DNA of 35,186 nucleotides, from the IMG/VR virus record IMGVR_UViG_3300030397_000190, positions 1 through 35,186 of that record; one strand, given 5' to 3'. Under the pieces are notes generated by a model. It saw nothing but the letters and a program-made list of their open reading frames with translations, did no database searches and was not told where the DNA came from. This document shows positions 33,194 to 35,186 of this stretch, piece by piece. The number at the start of each line of letters is the position of its first letter. Position 1 is the first letter of the stretch. The position numbers and the translations under genes are program-made. Source of the DNA: a virus. Taxonomy: Duplodnaviria > Caudoviricetes.

Positions 33194-35169
33194 TACACCA
33201 CCTTCGAAAGCAGAAGGTACAGCTTGCCCTCGCCGGTCGCAAGGTCAGCCAGCGCAGCGCCTACCATCGTAAGCCGAACCTCGATGTCCTGAGTCGGGGC
33301 ATAGCCCATGTTGCGAAGTTGCCCCTCGTCCTTGAAAACTTCGGTACCCGGTGCTTGTAGAACGTCGTGACGCGACATGATCTGGTTGGCGTCGGTTGAT
33401 ATGCCTACTTCCATGCGGCCTTGTGTGGCGGAAGGTATGGCCGTGTCGTAGCTCTCGGTGTGCCTCAGATGCGCGCCACCTACAATCGTCCCGGCTGGTA
33501 CCGTGGCGACAACGATTGAGCCCGCTGATCCGGGCAAGACTGTAAACAGAGTGTGCGAGAGGTCGAACTCGTACCATGTCGGAACTGCCGACAGATTGGC
33601 CGGGAATGTGGTCGGCGGCACGAGCGGAAGCGGAACTACCTTGCCGCCGGGAACGTACAGGTCATTGAGCGACTCAACCGTTTTGAGCGGGTCGTGGTTG
33701 CCGTCGTTGTCGAGGCAGTCGATGGACAGCGCCTCGCTGCCGTCAACGCTGTTTACCCCGCGCCGGAGACTCCAACCGTTGTAGGCCGGTCCTTTGTTTT
33801 CGGCGTCAGCTTCTTCCGCCGGGTAAGCGCCGATGAACAGCGGACACTCCGGGCGCAATACGATGGCCGCCTGTACGTTGCTGTTGTTGCTCGGGTCCGC
33901 CGGGTCGATGTCCGGGCCGTGGAATACAAGCGATGAAACCTGCGCGATGTTCTTGATGTCGCGCGGCTCGATTGCGAGCCCTGCTACCGGCGTGACACAG
34001 ATTGTCGCCGGAGCCTTGGCTTGCTCCATGTACTCGTGAATGGTGCGCGTGTCGCCGCTTGCCGTTGTGTTCTCGCGCCGATGCTTGGGGGTCGTGGCAA
34101 AGTAATCGTTGCCCGGCGTCGACATCTTCTCGAGCGACGTTGAGGGGAGAATGGTTCCGGCCGGTGCTGCTTTGCGCGCCTGCTGTGCTTTCTCCGAGCG
34201 TTCGCCCGTTACCGGGCCTTCGGTCGATTGGTTTTCCTTCTGGCGCTCCTGAGCCTGCTTGGCGAGCTTCTTACGAAGTTCCTCCCACGTATCGGACTCG
34301 TCGATTTCCCGGCGTCGACGCCGATACTCGTCCTCGATTTCCTTGACCTTCTGAGCCTTCTTGCTCCCGGCCTTTGCTTCGGCCTGTCGTTTTTCCTCGG
34401 CCTCGCGTCGGTCGAGTTCTTTCTTGATGCCCTCCTTGGCCTTGCCGAAATTCGGATCGCCAGAATCATCACCCCCGGCGAGAGCCGAGTCTTGGCCCTT
34501 TGGGCCTTTGTCTTGCGGCCGTCCGCCGTTGGGCTTACCAGCGCCGCCTGCACCGCCGCCCGATGAGCTAGCCCCTGAGATTTCCTTGCGTGCTTCCTCC
34601 TCGGCCTTGCGTCGAAATTCCGCGCGCTGCTTTGCCGACATGCGAGGTTCGCAAGCTGCCCGGCGTCGCGCCTGTTCACGGGCGAGTGCGCGACGTGCCT
34701 CGATTCGTGCCTGCGCGTCGGGGTTGGTATGACCGTACTTCTTGAGCCGAGCCATCTTGTCGGCCCGCTTCTTCGCTTGCTCCTCTTGGCGTTTTGCCTT
34801 TTCACGAAGTTTGGCAAGTGCGCGCTCGAGGCGTGCTGCACGCTTGGGCTGCCCGCGTCGCTTGGCTTTCGCTACGCGGTCCTTGATGTTCTGAATCTTG
34901 CGCCAGATCGAAGGCGCTACCCCCTGTGGACGTGGCCCGCAGTCTTGGGGCGCGGAACTGCCACCACCGGGTCCGCCGACAATGGCCGGGCCATCATCAT
35001 TGCGGTTGTTCTTGCTTCTGCACTTCCGCCTTTTCCGGTTCTTGTCCCGGTCGTCGGTGTCGCCTTTGGGTTTTCCGCGCGGCTTCTTGTTGTCGGGGTC
35101 CGGGTCGCCCTTCTTCCCGTTGTTGCCGTTCGGGCCGCCGCCCCCGCCGCCTCCTCCGCCGCCGCCCTT
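33193..35169 (-). CDS. 5'-truncated probable virion protein with a long charged low-complexity region and beta-rich C-terminus
   Basis: Frame is open from the primer edge (KGGGGGGGGGGPNG...RADK) into the listed MARLKK ORF; TAATG overlap with the fibre gene. Confidence 0.7.
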   Translation of the reverse strand, partial: KGGGGGGGGGGGPNGNNGKKGDPDPDNKKPRGKPKGDTDDRDKNRKRRKCRSKNNRNDDGPAIVGGPGGGSSAPQDCGPRPQGVAPSIWRKIQNIKDRVAKAKRRGQPKRAARLERALAKLREKAKRQEEQAKKRADKMARLKKYGHTNPDAQARIEARRALAREQARRRAACEPRMSAKQRAEFRRKAEEEARKEISGASSSGGGAGGAGKPNGGRPQDKGPKGQDSALAGGDDSGDPNFGKAKEGIKKELDRREAEEKRQAEAKAGSKKAQKVKEIEDEYRRRRREIDESDTWEELRKKLAKQAQERQKENQSTEGPVTGERSEKAQQARKAAPAGTILPSTSLEKMSTPGNDYFATTPKHRRENTTASGDTRTIHEYMEQAKAPATICVTPVAGLAIEPRDIKNIAQVSSLVFHGPDIDPADPSNNSNVQAAIVLRPECPLFIGAYPAEEADAENKGPAYNGWSLRRGVNSVDGSEALSIDCLDNDGNHDPLKTVESLNDLYVPGGKVVPLPLVPPTTFPANLSAVPTWYEFDLSHTLFTVLPGSAGSIVVATVPAGTIVGGAHLRHTESYDTAIPSATQGRMEVGISTDANQIMSRHDVLQAPGTEVFKDEGQLRNMGYAPTQDIEVRLTMVGAALADLATGEGKLYLLLSKVV

Positions 35170-35186
35170 GATCGTGACTGGGAAAC
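35170..35186 (-). other. Random-amplification primer tag (reverse complement); library artefact
   Basis: GATCGTGACTGGGAAAC is the reverse complement of bases 1-17. Confidence 0.95.

Noticed and set aside
136-35169. Alternative genetic code
   Set aside because: Conserved genes are full length under code 11, and all three stop codons end genes with normal coupling
242-35171. Many plus-strand ORFs (e.g. 14567-15367, 13071-13760, 26186-26878)
   Set aside because: Antisense shadows of well-supported minus-strand genes in GC-rich DNA; no recognisable motifs
1-35186. 17-bp terminal inverted repeat suggesting a linear genome or transposon
   Set aside because: It is the random-amplification primer tag, and genes are cut at both ends

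Overview
A 35 kb fragment of a GC-rich tailed dsDNA phage (Caudoviricetes) with essentially every credible gene on the minus strand. Both ends carry the random-amplification tag GTTTCCCAGTCACGATC, so the ends are artificial. In transcription order (right to left): truncated tail/fibre and lectin-like genes; a membrane-protein/lipoprotein lysis-type block with no recognisable endolysin; a structured intergenic RNA and terminator; early genes (DUF932-like, SMC-like ATPase, YqaJ exonuclease, RecT fused to an XRE-type HTH, DUF5131 radical SAM); replication genes (HTH initiator, DnaB, HNH, RusA); a ParB + GT-A glycosyltransferase + Com-like zinc ribbon + ATPase-less RarA cluster; HTH regulators; small terminase; accessory genes (cupin, nucleoside-deoxyribosyltransferase-like fusion); large terminase; portal. 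I saw no integrase or CI repressor. The most unusual signal is non-coding. About 20 genes share an ACAGGAG ribosome-binding site, about 10 of them with a second CGGACGC-like element shortly upstream (a CsrA/Rsm-like dual GGA layout). There are also four compact structured RNA candidates, one carrying the reverse complement of that RBS. All calls come from reading motifs by eye; no searches or folding programs were run.
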